64,000 nt of DNA, taken from contig NC_058131.1 in the NCBI RefSeq assembly GCF_016433145.1, positions 318,124,280-318,188,279 on the forward strand, given 5' to 3'. Position 1 is the first letter of the stretch. Each line of letters starts with the position of its first letter. Under the pieces are notes generated by a model. It was not told the DNA's origin, did no database searches, and worked only from the letters and a program-made list of their open reading frames with translations. This document shows positions 36,561 through 50,451 of this stretch, piece by piece. The position numbers were made by a program, and so were the translations under genes. This stretch comes from Gracilinanus agilis. Lineage: Eukaryota.

Positions 36561-39500
36561 TACAGATGAGATTCTAATCCCTCCTCACTGTGGTACTTTC
36601 CCCCCACTTCCTTCATCCCTTCATTCCTCAGTACTATTCCCTAATTCATCACCTTTGCTTTGGTTTTTCTTTTCTACCTTCCCAGTTTCACTCCTAGGTC
36701 AATACTAAATTGTCCTCTACTCTTGATTTCTTTTTTTCCTAGTCCCATCACAGCTCATACTTTATCAAGGAACTGAAAAATATGATGCAACCAGTCAGCC
36801 AGCTTGGATTCACTATAAAATTATGTTACTTAATCTCAACAAGTCCCTTACTGGAGTAAGACAAGAACACACAGCTAAGAAATGTCTGAGGCCAGGATTA
36901 AACCTAGGACTTCCCATCTCTAGGTCTGGCTTTCTCTCCCCTGAGCCATCTAACTGTTCCTTCTTCTCTTCTTTTTATAAACTTTCTCTACCACCCTAAC
37001 TCCAACCCTCATAACTGAGGACCTCACTTCTTACTTTTACTAAGAAAATGGATAGCAGTTTTCTGGGAACTCCCTCTTTTTTCTTTCTGTATCTCTAAAC
37101 CTTTGAACATTAGCCTCCTTTGTTTCAATCTCTGAAAAGGTGACTCTCCTTCTATCCATTTATATAGACCTTTGAACATCTGTTTTAACAGACTTACTTC
37201 CCAATAATCCCCTCTCTTCCTCTTCTTTGCCTCTTCCTCTATACTGTTTTCTTTTTTACCCAGAGTCTTGCCTGCATGTGTAAATGTCCCCAGTAACTTT
37301 AAGTCAAACTTCTTAGCCAAACTCTCAGGTATTTCAGTTCTACTGAAATGTGGCTGTTGCTTGCTTTCTTCTCACTCTTCAACCCTTTGTGAGCCAGCCT
37401 CATAAGTCATTTCAAAATGCTTTCTCAGTAATTCTTGACTTGTTGCATTTGTACCTGTGGATTATCTTTTCCTCCTTGTTATTTTCACTTCCTCTTTTTT
37501 AAAAATTGTGATATATTTTGTCCAATCAGCAAAACAAAGGGCCTTCTCACTGTCTAACCCCAACCCTCTATGTTGAGAACAAAAGAGGAAAAAAACAAAA
37601 ACCATTACAAATAAATACATGTAGTCAGTCAAAAAAAATTTCCATCTTGGATATAGCCAAAAAAAAATTTCATTTTGCTCTCTGAGTCCTTCACCTCACT
37701 AACAGGAGGTAGAAAACATGTTTCCTTATCAGTCCTTTGGAATTGTGGTTGATCATTACCATAAGAGTTCTCAATTCTTTCAGAGTCACTGCCTTTACCA
37801 TTGTTGTCATTGTATATTCTCCTGCTTCTATCCACTTTATTTTGTATCAGTTTATACAAGTTTTCCCAAGTTTCTCTGAAATCCTCTCCATCCTTTCTTA
37901 CAGCACAGTAATATTCCATTACCTTTATATACGATAATTGGTTCATCCATTCCCATTCTTTGCTACTTCAAAAAGAGATATAGATAGTTGGTTTTGCTTA
38001 GGACTAATCTCACTCTTAATTCATTCTCCCTGTAATTCTTCTTCCTCCTTCCCTTTCTTTCCTATTTTTCTGTTGAGTGAAATGTATTTCTATATTTAAG
38101 TATATGTATTTCTGTGTGTAAGTATGTATTCTTCCTTCCTATAACTAGTTCAAATGGGAGTGAGGTTATAGTGCTAGCTGTTATCTTCATCTCTTCCTTT
38201 TTGTCTCCCTGTGCCAGTCTGGGATAGACAAATGACTTGCAGTGACTTTTTCTGGATTTTTCCATTTGAATTCAATCTGCTGCATTTTCTAAATCTGAAG
38301 TTTTGTGGAAGGTACCTCAGTTGTATTGCTTCCTTCTACTCTACTTGTTCTCTCTTCCCTTTTTGGTTTTCATGACATTGCTTGGTGGGCCCTTCTCTGT
38401 CTCTGGAGTATAGCTGAAACCATATTAAAATGTAACTGGGAAATATTTAACAGCATAAATAAAAATACAACGAACTTCAATAACATTAATATATGTTTTT
38501 TTAAGTCAACATGCAACCTTAAGGAATTCTTATGTATAGGTAGTGGACCATGTTTCTGTTTTATTTTGACATGACTGTGCTAAGCAGATCTCTAAACTTC
38601 TAAATTTATTCCAGTTATCTCTGAGATAAATCCCCAAGAAGGGCCTGACCTTTAAAGAGAGTTTACTCTTTAGGAGTTCATCATAACAATGAAATCATAG
38701 GTCCATTCCCTACTCATATGTGTGTACATATACACACATACACAATTATACATATAATATAGGTATATATTTGTATATAAATATTGGTTTCTCCTGTTAG
38801 AATGTATTGAATCATATTAAAACCTTCATTTTAGTTCAACTGCAAACATGAAGAAATAATATTTTCTCCAACTTAAAACTCTTCTCAGACTTTTCCCTTA
38901 AGGAAATCATATAAGAGGTCAAAAACAAAAGTCAAGGTAGAAGGATAAATATCTCCTCTAATAAAAGTTATTGCTTCCCCTATACCCTGAAGGGATGATA
39001 CTATGATCAAACTGTGGTCCATTCAGAAAGTTAAGTATTGGGCTCTGTAAAGAAGTCTTTTCAGTCCTTTTTGGTAGAGGTCAAGGTAGGAATTAAGTAA
39101 TTGAAGCTAAAGATTCCCTAAAGACTATCTTAGTGACTATCATTTTGGAATGTTAACTTAAAACTGAATTTTAGCATGTTGTGACTTTTTTTCCTTTAGG
39201 ATGCCTCTAAATATTACTTCAAATTGTTTCGGGGTAGAGATATGTCCAAGGATATGGGAGGGGGAGTACTATACCAATTCAGACCTTACTCAGAGCAAAC
39301 CTTGGATTTTGAATAATGTGAAATTGTTTCTGCCAGACTTGTACTTAAAATGTACCCAGAGTACAGTATGAATGGTTTTTGTTTGACAATGGAAGCTCTC
39401 TTGAGAGTAAGGCTGAATTTTCTGTATTTGTAACTCCAGCACCTAGCATTTTTGCTTGTCAACAAAGTAGATGTTTAGTAAGCATTTATTTATTTATTTA

Positions 39501-39999
39501 TTAAAAGGTAGCAGGCTCCATGATTTTTAGTGTAATATAGAATTGGCCTTAAGAAAACTTGTGTAGGCACAGTTTTTCTGCTTTGCTTTAACTCTTCAAT
39601 CTGCATTCTTTTCTTTTCTCCCTGAATTAGCCTGCTACTTGTTAGTTTCTGCTCTTCTCTTGATACCATTTAATCTTTACCCAAATGTTTATTGGTAATT
39701 TAGGCATTAGCTGATAACTCCTTCTGGGCTGGCCCTTCTCAACTGTATTTGCATATTAAAAGCTATTGTATATGAAAAGCCTTTACAACTCAATGGAGTG
39801 AAGCTATAATGTTGGAATAGCTGATAAATGTGATATTTTAGAATAAGGGCTCCCTGCTTTTAGAATCACCCCTGGGCATGCTGTCCAGGACATTAGAGAG
39901 TGACACTTAATATCAAAAAGACAAATTGCCTCTGTTTTATTTAATGGAAGCCACTGTACTATTCCTAATGTGTTTTGGTTATTAAGAGAGACTAACTAG

Positions 40000-40470
40000 C
40001 AGTGATAGCGAACCTTTTAGAGATGGAGTGCCATGCCCACCCCCCAGAGACTGAATGTAGTGCCCCGCCAATGAGTGTCAGACATGCCCTGCCTCCCCCA
40101 TTCCCTCTTACCTCACATAGGGGATGGAGAAAGGACTTCTTTTGGGTGGAGGGGCTGGTAAAATGAGGTATGTCCTCTAGGAGTATAGAGAGGAAGAAAG
40201 GAGTGGTCCCAAAGCTCTGCTTCCCTCTAGCTCTGCTGCCTGTGAGCAGACCACCTTACTCTCTGTGTACTCCCATTGGCTGCTAGACAGAGGGGCAGGG
40301 CATGTGAAAAAATGTCATCAGGCCTGGTGGAGAGGGGGAGGGGAACAGCTCCACCTGAGTCCTTCTGCCTTTCTAGTAAGGAACTCTAGGGTGGGGAGGG
40401 CAGTCACATGGCCACTGAGAGTACTCTGTGTGCCATCTTTGGCACCCATGTCATAAGTTTGTCATCACTG
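40000..40470. mobile_element. Non-autonomous hAT element, 471 bp, hAT1-like TIRs
   Basis: Left TIR CAGTGATAGCGAACCT and right TIR (reverse complement) CAGTGATGACAAACTT match at 12/16. Flanks CTAACTAG and CTATATAG match at 6/8, consistent with a decayed TSD. Confidence 0.75.
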
Positions 40471-40719
40471 CTATATAGAATATGTAATGGTTAAGTGTTG
40501 GACTTGGAGTTAGTAAATCTTGGATTCAGATCCTCTATTTGACACAATAACTGTGTGACCATGGATAAATGACTTAAACTCAATTGCTTCTTGAAGACTG
40601 TAAATTATATACTGATCTTTATAGGTATAGGAACATCATCATATATAATTTTATATAATTTTAATTATACTATATTTTATATCTAAAACACTACCCACAG
40701 ACATACAGACGGGACACAT

Positions 40720-41250
40720 TCAGATGTTTGCTTTTGAAGAGAAGAGGTTCCATTCTATCATCCTCCCAATATTCTGTTAGCTCCATTGCCTATAGTCCAA
40801 GGTTCTCTAAGGTTTCACTGACCATTTCTACTCAATTCCATCACTACCGTATCATGTCTTAGACATGATCCAAGGTTGTTAGTACAGCAGAACACAGTTT
40901 CTTGCAGATCCCTTCAGGCTAGAAAGACTTAGAGTTTGCCAGGTTAAGAAATGTTCATCAACAGGTCAGCCACCAGATCACTGGGCATAGTACTTATCTG
41001 GTAAAGTGTGGTGTGGTTGCAGACCATATTAAGCAATAGAGTGCTGCCTCCATACATAAAAAATCATGATTCTTTTGAAGTACCCCTGACAGTAATGAAA
41101 TCTTCTCAGGAATACCTTCCTCTTCACTCATCCTTATACATAGACAGTAGACCAGGAGTGAGTAAAAGAAGATTCTGTGCTCCCTCTCATAGGCTATCTA
41201 CCCTATCTGGGTAATCCTTTGAATCGCATGGAGCCCTTCACTTCCATAAT
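40720..41250 (-). mobile_element. Probable old RTE LINE 5' region
   Basis: Minus strand resembles recalled RTE1_Mars-like 5' UTR (ctgcaagaaactgtgttctgc...catgatacggtagtgatgg); no ORF. Confidence 0.35.
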
Positions 41251-42044
41251 TTCTTAACTTTAAATTGTAATCTGAGTGTATGTAGCTGATTCTCTTAATC
41301 AATTTTTTGGATTTTTATTGCTGCTACATTTGCAACTTTTTTTTCTTGATTTCTGGTTCTCAGAGCATTTAGGTCATAATTATATCAGAGAACATTTAAT
41401 AATAGGAGGTGGTGTGATATAGTAGAAAGGATGCTTGGATTTAGATCAAGAGGAATTTGGTTCAAATCCTAGTTTGTCTTAGGTCCTTTCTCTAAGATTC
41501 ATTATCTCTGTGACCTTGGTTTATAACTCAGTGTTCCTTGTTATCAATTTCTTTATAAAATGAAGGGGTTGGACTTTTCAACTCTAAATCTATGATCTTA
41601 TATCTAAGGACCAATATGTTCAGGACAAGAGGCAAACTGGCATAGATAGCCTGGCATAGATCAAGCCTTAGAGTCATGAAGCCCAGAGTTCAAGTCTTGC
41701 CTCTGACATATTCTGGCCAAGTCCTCTAAACTTTAGTGCCCTAGCCAACTTTCTGTGGAAATAAATTGCAAAGAAAGTGTTAATGTGCATTAGTAGATAT
41801 ATTTCATCAGAAACTTCTTAACCTAATGCAATCATAGGTAAGATTCTTTTATTTTTAATGTACAGGATACCCTCCTAGTTAATTAAAATTTTTTTATCTT
41901 TCCATTGTTACTGTCCAAGTTTCTGATGTGCTATATGTGTTTATGAGTAATCAGTGAGAAACTAATTTGTTCATTGGTCATATTATTAAAATACTAATTT
42001 TGGCCAGAGTCTTAATCCTTTTTAAAAATTGTTATATGTTACAG

Positions 42045-42117
42045 AACTTCACAAACTTATTTGGACAACCTCTGGTCTGCTTGCTTTCTCCAACAACATA
42101 TCCTAAAGCACTACAAG
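42045..42117 (+). CDS. SCAI: SCAI coding exon (NFTNLFGQPLVCLLSPTTYPKALQ-D)
   Basis: gttacag acceptor, AAG|gtatgt donor, 73 nt, phase 0/1; follows a 19.7-kb intron. Confidence 0.96.
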
Positions 42118-43080
42118 GTATGTTTTGTACTGATATACTTAGGTCTAATTTAAACTGTTTCTTTTTTTGCTTTATATTCTTAACTTGATTTTCCTCTCTA
42201 ATGGTCATGTATAACACTCCTTGATGAAGAACATATATGTGGCATATGTCATACTGGAATTGGTTTAGCAATGTCTGGTAAATTTTATCTCTTTGCTTAA
42301 AGTAGACTATTTGGTTCAGAGGGTCCAGGCAATACCCCAGTTTCAGTATCCTTGCTCTCTTTCAAAAAATACCACACATGGAATATTATTAGGCAAAATA
42401 GCCACTATAATTAGATTATTTTGTCTTCTGCTATTCTGGATATTTTCATGTTGATAGTGTTTTTATTTAAAAATTCAAGGGATTCATTTTAATTTAACGA
42501 CTCCCTCGTATAAATTTTGAATTTAAATTTTATTGATGCCTTTTTGTTTTTTTATACCAATTTCCCATAAAACTACACTGCATTGAATTTTTTCTCAGCA
42601 AACATTTAGACAAAAAGGAAAATGAGATAGTCTCTCAGTTGATATGTTCAACAATTATAATCTCTTCCATCTCTACTGAGATTTTCCAGTATACTTGAAG
42701 CACCATTTAAACTACTAAACTTCATTTTGGCTTGAAGAAGTTTACTTGGCTCCTAAGTTAAGGATGACAGAACTTAAAAAAATTTTTTATACAATTCTTT
42801 TTACATTTTTGTTGTAAAGAAAACCTCTTGCTGAGTGTTTTACCCATTTATCATAGGGCTGAGTAAAAGTTGGAGACATTGAAATATATCTACCAGTTGT
42901 ATACAATCTAACACCACCCAGGGTTTAGGAGGTCTTGTTCTCCACTCCTTAATTCTAGCATGAGGTAAGATGAGCACTAAACAAATCTTAGTATCACAGA
43001 TAGATATTGAGAACTGTTTTAGCAGGACCTTCACTGTTTCACTGTCTCCCTAACTGTGAATAGTGTTGGTGTCTCTCAGT

Positions 43081-43229
43081 NNNNNNNNNNNNNNNNNNNN
43101 NNNNNNNNNNNNNNNNNNNNNNNNNNNNNNNNNNNNNNNNNNNNNNNNNNNNNNNNNNNNNNNNNNNNNNNNNNNNNNNNNNNNNNNNNNNNNNNNNNNN
43201 NNNNNNNNNNNNNNNNNNNNNNNNNNNNN
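43081..43229. other. Assembly gap (149 N)
   Basis: Run of N. Confidence 1.
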
Positions 43230-44038
43230 AAAAACATGTAGCAGTAACATTCAATATATTTGTCTAAGCATCAAATTATACATTCTATTAAATGATAGAA
43301 CTTACCTTAAAACAATGGTGAAAGTCTCCTGCTGGGGACCTGTTACCCTGTTTCTTTTTACCTCAGTAATATTTTGGTTCAAATAACTCTCCTAAGATTT
43401 AACTTTGTTAGAATTTTTAAAAAGTAATCTACAGTTTGAGTTCATAGAATCAGAGCATTTTAAAGCTTCCAAAGAGTTTAGAGATCATCTCTTAACCCTT
43501 TCATTCTATACATATAAGAAAACCAAGGTTAACAGGCATGAAGTTTTTTTCCCAAGGTCATAGAAATAATAGAACCAGGTTTTAAACAGAGGTCCTCTGA
43601 CTCTAAATCCAATGCTTTTGCCACAACACTTTTCTTTAAAAATCACACACTTTTCCAAGCAAATAAATTTGTATTGAGAGAAGACAGCCCACAAAAAGAT
43701 TTTCAACATTAATGGAAATAGGTATATAAATACTATTAAGTGGTATCTTTTAAAAATAAAATGGCTTGTATAGCCATTTGATAAGAAAGGCAAATTTTAA
43801 ATGCCAAAGCTTTGAAAGGAAGATATACAGATCATATAGTTTAAGATTGATAAATATGTACAAACCTGACATAGAGAATTTACTCAAGGGCCTATTTTGT
43901 TTTTCACGTGTGCAAGTGGTCTCCATTATCTTGAATGAAAGGCTTGAGACCATTTGGACAATACAGCCTGGAATTATGGAGAATTTAATGAATCTGCCTG
44001 GTTCATTCTCTCTCAATGCAACCTATTTCTTATTGCAG

Positions 44039-44212
44039 ATCAGTCTCAACGTGGCAGCCTCTTCACTCTCTTTCTGAACAATCCTTTAATGGCCTTCCTG
44101 TTTGTCTCTGGATTGTCAAGCATGCGTAGAGGTCTGTGGGAAAAATGTCAAGAATACCTTCGAAAAATCAATCGAGATATTGCCCAGCTGCTGACCCACT
44201 CACGTTCTATAG
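44039..44212 (+). CDS. SCAI: SCAI coding exon (DQSQRGSLFTLFLNNPLMAFLFVSGLSSMRRGLWEKCQEYLRKINRDIAQLLTHSRSI-D)
   Basis: ttgcag acceptor, TAG|gtactt donor, 174 nt, phase 1/1. Confidence 0.96.
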
Positions 44213-44423
44213 GTACTTGCTTGAAAGAATTTAGCAGAGTTTGGAATTGTGGTTTGATCTCATGATACTTAGCCTATTTAACTTTAAAAAGGCCATTTAA
44301 TACAATTTAGAAACAGAAAAATTAGAAGTGTGTTCCCCCTCTCCTCCTTTCCCTTTTTTTGGGAAGTTTTTTTTTTCTCCCTAGTCAAACTTTCTTCCAA
44401 AATCACCTTTTTATTCTTTTTAG

Positions 44424-44524
44424 ATCAGGCTTTTCTCCAGTTTTTTGGGGATGAATTTCTTCGCTTACTTCTCACCAGATTTGTCTTCTGTTCAGCTACC
44501 ATGAGGATGCACAAGATTTTTCGG
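44424..44524 (+). CDS. SCAI: SCAI coding exon (DQAFLQFFGDEFLRLLLTRFVFCSATMRMHKIFR)
   Basis: tttttag acceptor, CGG|gtatgt donor, 101 nt, phase 1/0. Confidence 0.96.
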
Positions 44525-45599
44525 GTATGTAGCAAAAATAATCACTTGGGATCCGCTTTAATAAGATTAGGTATATAAAATTTATGTGCTAATCTTAGGA
44601 TGAAATTAAGCTCTGTGGAAAATAGTTGGATGACTTGGGCAAATAAATGATCATTTGAAATGGATAGTATTTAGGATGACTACCATGATTTTCACATTTA
44701 ATTTTAAATTTGATTCTCTGTAATGCTTATAAATGACCTAAAATCAGAGTTTGCAAGTAAGTATTTTCTTGATATTCATTTGTTTTAGTGGATATTTATT
44801 ATATTTAGGGTCCAAATCAATACAAGGGTTTATATTCCCCATTACACTTCCCTCCCTCTTCCCTGAGATGGTAAGCAAATAAAATGTTTCCATTTCGGTC
44901 ATGTTGTGAGAGAGTACTTATGTAAAACCAAAACCTCCAAATAAAAACACAAATAAAACAAAAAATGGTATGTTTTGATCAGTATTCAGAATCTATCAGT
45001 TCTTTCTCTGGCGGTGAATAGCATTCTTTATCATAAATCCTTCAGAATTGTCATAAGTGCTTTAAAAAAATTAAAATTTTTTTTTTTAAATTCAGGAGTT
45101 GTTACAAGGATATAAGAATTGGTCTGGATATCAGTATCTCCTTGCACTCTGTCTATGGAACTTTCCTATAGCTCCATGGGTTTTGCCACTTGCTAAATTT
45201 TCTTTGATCACTGAATTCTAACTTCAAGGTCTCAAACCATTCTGATTCTTAATGGTTCCTACATCTGCATAGGTTCTCTGGGTTCAAAAATTTGCCACAT
45301 CCAATACCTAATTATCCTTCCCTTTGTTCCTGCCCCTGGTACTATAACTGGGTCCCTGATTCTAAAATATGTTTTCTCTTTTCCTTCCAGCCTCCACTAC
45401 CAAACACTCTGCCACAAATATGCATTTTTCTAGAGTTTATTTGCATAAAAAAGTTACCATATAAATTTATAATTAAGATACCAGGATACACGTGTCTGTG
45501 TGTGTGTGTGTAAGTGTGTAGCTAGTAATTCCAAGATGGGTAATAGTAAAACTTTCTTTGAAAAAAAAATTGTTTTAATCAGCCAAAATCTGCCTTCTC

Positions 45600-48000
45600 A
45601 CACAAGAAAAACAAAATCCATTACAAACATGAATTAGTAAATCAAAACTAATTTTTATGATGACCATGTCTCAAAAAATATTTGCCTTATTCTGCATTCT
45701 AGGCCCTTCATCTCTCTATCAAGATGTAATAGTACCCTTTATTATTAGTCTTTTGAAATCACGGTTGATTATTATGCTGATAAGAGTTCATCATATTTAT
45801 ATTCCTTATATTCACATATATATATGTAAAGTATTCCATCACATTTATATACTATTACTTGTCCTTCAAGTCCCTAATTTACAGTCAATCTGTCAGATTT
45901 TCATTATTTCCCAACTCAAAATGAATATTTTGAACATCCTTAGAATTTGTTTTTCTTTAGAGCTAATCTGCTTTACTTCTAATGCTTCCTCCCCTCTTTT
46001 CCTCTTTCCTTTCTGTTTCTCTGTTAAGTGAAATTAATTTCTGTACCCAATTATATGTGTGTATTTTTCCCTTTTTTGAACTGTTAAGATGAGAATAAGA
46101 TTCAAGTGCCTATTACATTTCACTCCCCTTCCTCTTTTTTTTTTGTATAAATATCTGCTTTTGTACACTATGTAAGATAATTTTCCTTTATTACCTCACC
46201 CTCCCCAGTCATCCTTTTCCTCTCACTTTCCATTCTTTTATTAAGATCATGAAGACATAACAGAGCCACTACCAGGTCTAAATGGTATCCCTCTATGATT
46301 ATAGGGTCCTGAGAGAACACATGTATCATTTCACCTCATTTGAATGCAAGGAGTGTATCTTTGTTTAGTCCTTTATCGTTATTCATTCATGTTTACCTTA
46401 TTATGTTTCTCTTTGCTCCATTGTTTGAACTTCAAAGTTTTTCTGCTGCTCTGGTTTTTTCATCGGGATTGCTTAGAAGTCCTCTATTTCAGTAAAAAGT
46501 CCATTCTCCCCAACCCTCACAAATAAAAATGGTATTATTATACTGGTTTTCTGAGTCAGTTCTTGACTGTAAGCCCATATCCTTTGCCTTCTTAAATATT
46601 CTTCCAAGTTCTCTTTCGAGTGGTAGATGCTAAATATTGTGTGATCTTGACTGGGACTCCTTTGTCCTTGAAATCTTTCTTTCTGCCTGCAATATTTTTT
46701 ATTTGACCAGGACACTCTGGATTTTGGCTATGATATTCCAAATGATTCTTGATTTTTTTATCTCCTTAGTTTGCTTTCCAAGTCAGTTGTATTTGCTTTG
46801 AGATACCTTACATTTTCTTTAGGTTTTGTTTTAATATTTTGGGTGGTCTCATGGAGTCACTGACTTCTATTTAGTCTATTCTAAATTTCATGGAATAATT
46901 CCTTTTCTAATTTTCTTCTCTATAGCTTTCATTTCTTTTCCAGCTTTTTCTTCAAGTGCTCTTGTGTCATAAGGACACTTTAAAATTTTTTTTTAACTCT
47001 TGGCTTCATCACCTCTAAGAATTCTAGTTGAGTTTGTGCCCAAGCTGTGTTTTTCTCTGAGGCTTTGCTTGTGGAAGTTTTGAAGTCATTTTCATGTTTT
47101 GAGTTTGTGTCTTGAGCATTCCTGCCACCATAATAGCTTTTTATGGGAGTATTCTTTTTTTGTTTTCCCATTCTTCCAGCCTACTTTGTGACTTGTGATT
47201 TAATAATCTGAATTTGGCTCTGGCATTTCTGGAGGAAAGGCCTGTGCTGGTCCTATTGTTATTTTCTTAAGTTACCGAGTATTGTGTTATTCTAGGATCT
47301 CAAGGATAGTCTGGGGGAGCTGCAAGCTTTCAGTGTTCTTAAATTTTACTGAGGGTAAAGTCTGATAAGTGCCCTGCTCCTCCCCACCACTCTCCTGACC
47401 CACCACCACTAGTTTGAGCTCTGCTGGCTCCTGGCTTGGGTTTGGATCTGAACTAGAGTAGACTGCTGTTGAATTCAGGCTTTGTTAGTCCTGAAAAACT
47501 ACTGGTTCAGAGTGATTGAAATGTATGCTCTCTTTTGATCAGGAATTCTTGCCTTGTTATTCTGGAGCAGTCTAGGCTAGACACTAGAAATAAGATCCAG
47601 CTCTGCTGCTGGAGTCTGATCCATACCATTTGTTGCTTGCTTTTCAACTTTCTCTTTCACAGTATACCACATAGGGCCTTCCTACCTAGTAATGCTACCA
47701 CCTCTTTGTGCAGATCTCTTTCTCCGTACTCTAATAGATCTGTGGCTCAGAACTGGGTAGTGTGTCACAGTACTCTGCTAGGGTCTGGGATTTCTTCTCG
47801 CCCTGGTGTGCAGCCTCTCCCTGGATAACAGGGTGCTCCATGTGTTGTGTGATCTTGGCCTGACCCCATTCCCAGTATCTTCAAACGTTCCTGTATGTCT
47901 CCCTCTGCTGAGCTGAACTAGTAAAATGAATCACTGTGCTTTTTTTTCTTGATTTTCCCATCAGAATTCTGTCTGCTACATTTTTTAGCTCTATTTTGAG
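45600..48000 (-). mobile_element. Old antisense L1 fragments including an ORF1/5' UTR region
   Basis: Minus-strand peptide MGKQKKNTPIKSYYGGRNAQDTN...AWAQTQLEFLE resembles a marsupial L1 ORF1 N-terminus. Confidence 0.6.
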
Positions 48001-48639
48001 TATAGACCATCTTGGCTCTGCTACTTTGCTAGATTTTTGCATTTTTAATGTTTCACTACTTTTAATAGTAATTGGTTCGATAAATTTACTGTCTAGTTTG
48101 TGAACTCTATCCTTTCATTTACCCTAAACTTCTTTTTCAGGCTTCAAAGATTTACCATTTCTTTCAGGTTTGTTGAACAATAATTGTAGTTATCTTACCC
48201 ATATTGTTCATAGTTTTTTATGCTTAAATAGAGAAATATTGAACATTTTATTCTAACCTCATATAGCAGTATTATTATTTCCTTAGTCTTTTGGTTTCCA
48301 TTCTCTAATTCTAGCATTCTTGAGGTATTGAGATTAGACTATAGTTTTCTATAAGAAGTTAATTTTCTATTTATTTCTAGTACCCTTTTGGAGAGGCAAT
48401 GTACAACAGTAGATAGAAGGCCAACATTAGGGTCAAGAATTCCTTCCTCTGACACAAACTAGCTTCATGACCTCCAGCAAGTCTCTTAATCCCTCAGAGC
48501 TTTAGGCAACTCTCTAAAATTATCATTTAGGAGTGATCATTAGTGGAGGGGATTTCCACATGGGTTACTTCTTATAGAGATGAAATCTCAGGTCCAGATA
48601 TACAAATTATTAAGTATCACTCACAACTTTTTTTTTTAA

Positions 48640-48780
48640 TTTGTTATAGGGCTAGGCAATGGGGGTTAAGTGACTTGGCCACGGTCACACAGCTGGGAAG
48701 TGTCTGAGGCTGGATTTGAACCTAGGACCTCCTGTCTCTAGGCCTGGCTCTCAATCCACTGAGCCATCCAGCTGCCCCCT
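48640..48780 (-). mobile_element. SINE1_Mdo-like SINE with truncated tail
   Basis: Family core and head sequence. Confidence 0.88.
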
Positions 48781-50451
48781 CACTCACAACTTTTTGTTTC
48801 CAACAAGATAAAATCTTTTTGGCCTAAGCAAATAGTTGGATTTATATCTTCAGGAAATAACCTAGTGTCTTCCAGATCCCTTTCTTGGGTTACTACTGAT
48901 ATCTAATGCTTCATTATTTTGACTTTAATTACAATTATTTTTATCAATGTGAAAGTATTTATATTTGACCTCCATAAATCTTTATTTGCTATTTTCCTGA
49001 CCATTCACACAGCCTCAAAAGATTTTTCTGCATCTTATCTTGCATTTTCTTGGTATTTGAAATTCTAAAAGAAGTTAGTGTCATTTGTAGAAAAGACTAT
49101 CTACAAATAGGTAGAGTAGGTGGCCTTCAGGGTGGTCTGGTTTTAGGTACACTATATCTTTTGAAGTACTGAGGTATTAATAGTTGGAATATCTCTAATA
49201 TATTTCTTGACAAAAATGTTTTGTGAAATCCATTCAACCAAACTGCAACTGCCTTTTGATCCCATAGAATAGCTTTTCTATAGTCATAAAGTTATTCTAC
49301 TAATTCTCTGTCTAGTTCTCTTTAATGCATTAAAAACTGTCAATAAGAACTGTCAATAAGCTCTTGATTGTTCTTTGTAGGGTATTTATCCTATTTTTGG
49401 CCTGTGAAATTTCTGTGTAACAAGTTGTTATATAGCAATATTAGTAGAAGAACTGAAAAACTGTATGAGAGAATAGGTTTACTGCCTACAAAGTAATTTT
49501 GACTCAATAAAACATAGTTCTGTGTGAATTGGCAAGGTTCATATTAGTCACGTTATATTTTAAAAACTTGTTCAATTTATTCTCATAGTTCCTTGTTCTT
49601 TATCCTTCCTATCCTAGTCACTGGCTTTTTAGGACATATAAATGGGGCTTTCCTTAAGGTAGTACTGTCAGCCCTTCTCTCTTTTCTCTGCATATTCTTC
49701 TTCTGGGCAATATCATCTATTCTCAAAACTTGCTAGTCCAAACTTTTTATCAAGTTTGAGTACTATATACTATAAAATATTGTAGTAGCTTCATGATTGG
49801 TTTTTCATTTCATTTTACATGCTTCTTCTGGTTTAAATCCTTTAAAGGAAAGTTCTGATTATGTCATTTTCCTTCTCCAGAAACCTAGTGTCTTGCTATT
49901 GCCTACAAAATAAAACTTACACTCCTTTATTTGGAATCTAAGTCTCTAGTTTCCAGCCTTACCACCTGCTACTTACATTTACTATAGCACTTCTAAACTA
50001 CTATGTTCAAATCTTCCCCATCCTTCAAGAACTTGCTCAAATACATTCCCTTCATTTTCTGATATTCAACTGTTCTCTTTTCTTATGAACCTTTGTAGCA
50101 CTTGAATCTGCTCTTAATGGCACTTAATCATGTTCTTCTGTGTATTATTATTATTTAGGCACTTGTCATATGTCTCCCACTTAATTATAAACACCTCCAG
50201 GAGGGAGCCTGCCTTGTTCATCTTTGTCTCTCTGTCAATGCCATCTTAAATAGTAGATGCACAAAACATATTGAATGAATGCATGCATGACTAAGCAATA
50301 GGTATCAGGAACATTTATCTGTACATAATGAAAAATGAGATACATTTTATTGTCCTAAGCCTAAAATTAAGTAATTTCTATTTAATTATTTTTTGAATAT
50401 GATCTCTCTTGGTTAAACCATAAAAATTTACTTCTCTCCTTTGTCTAGCAG

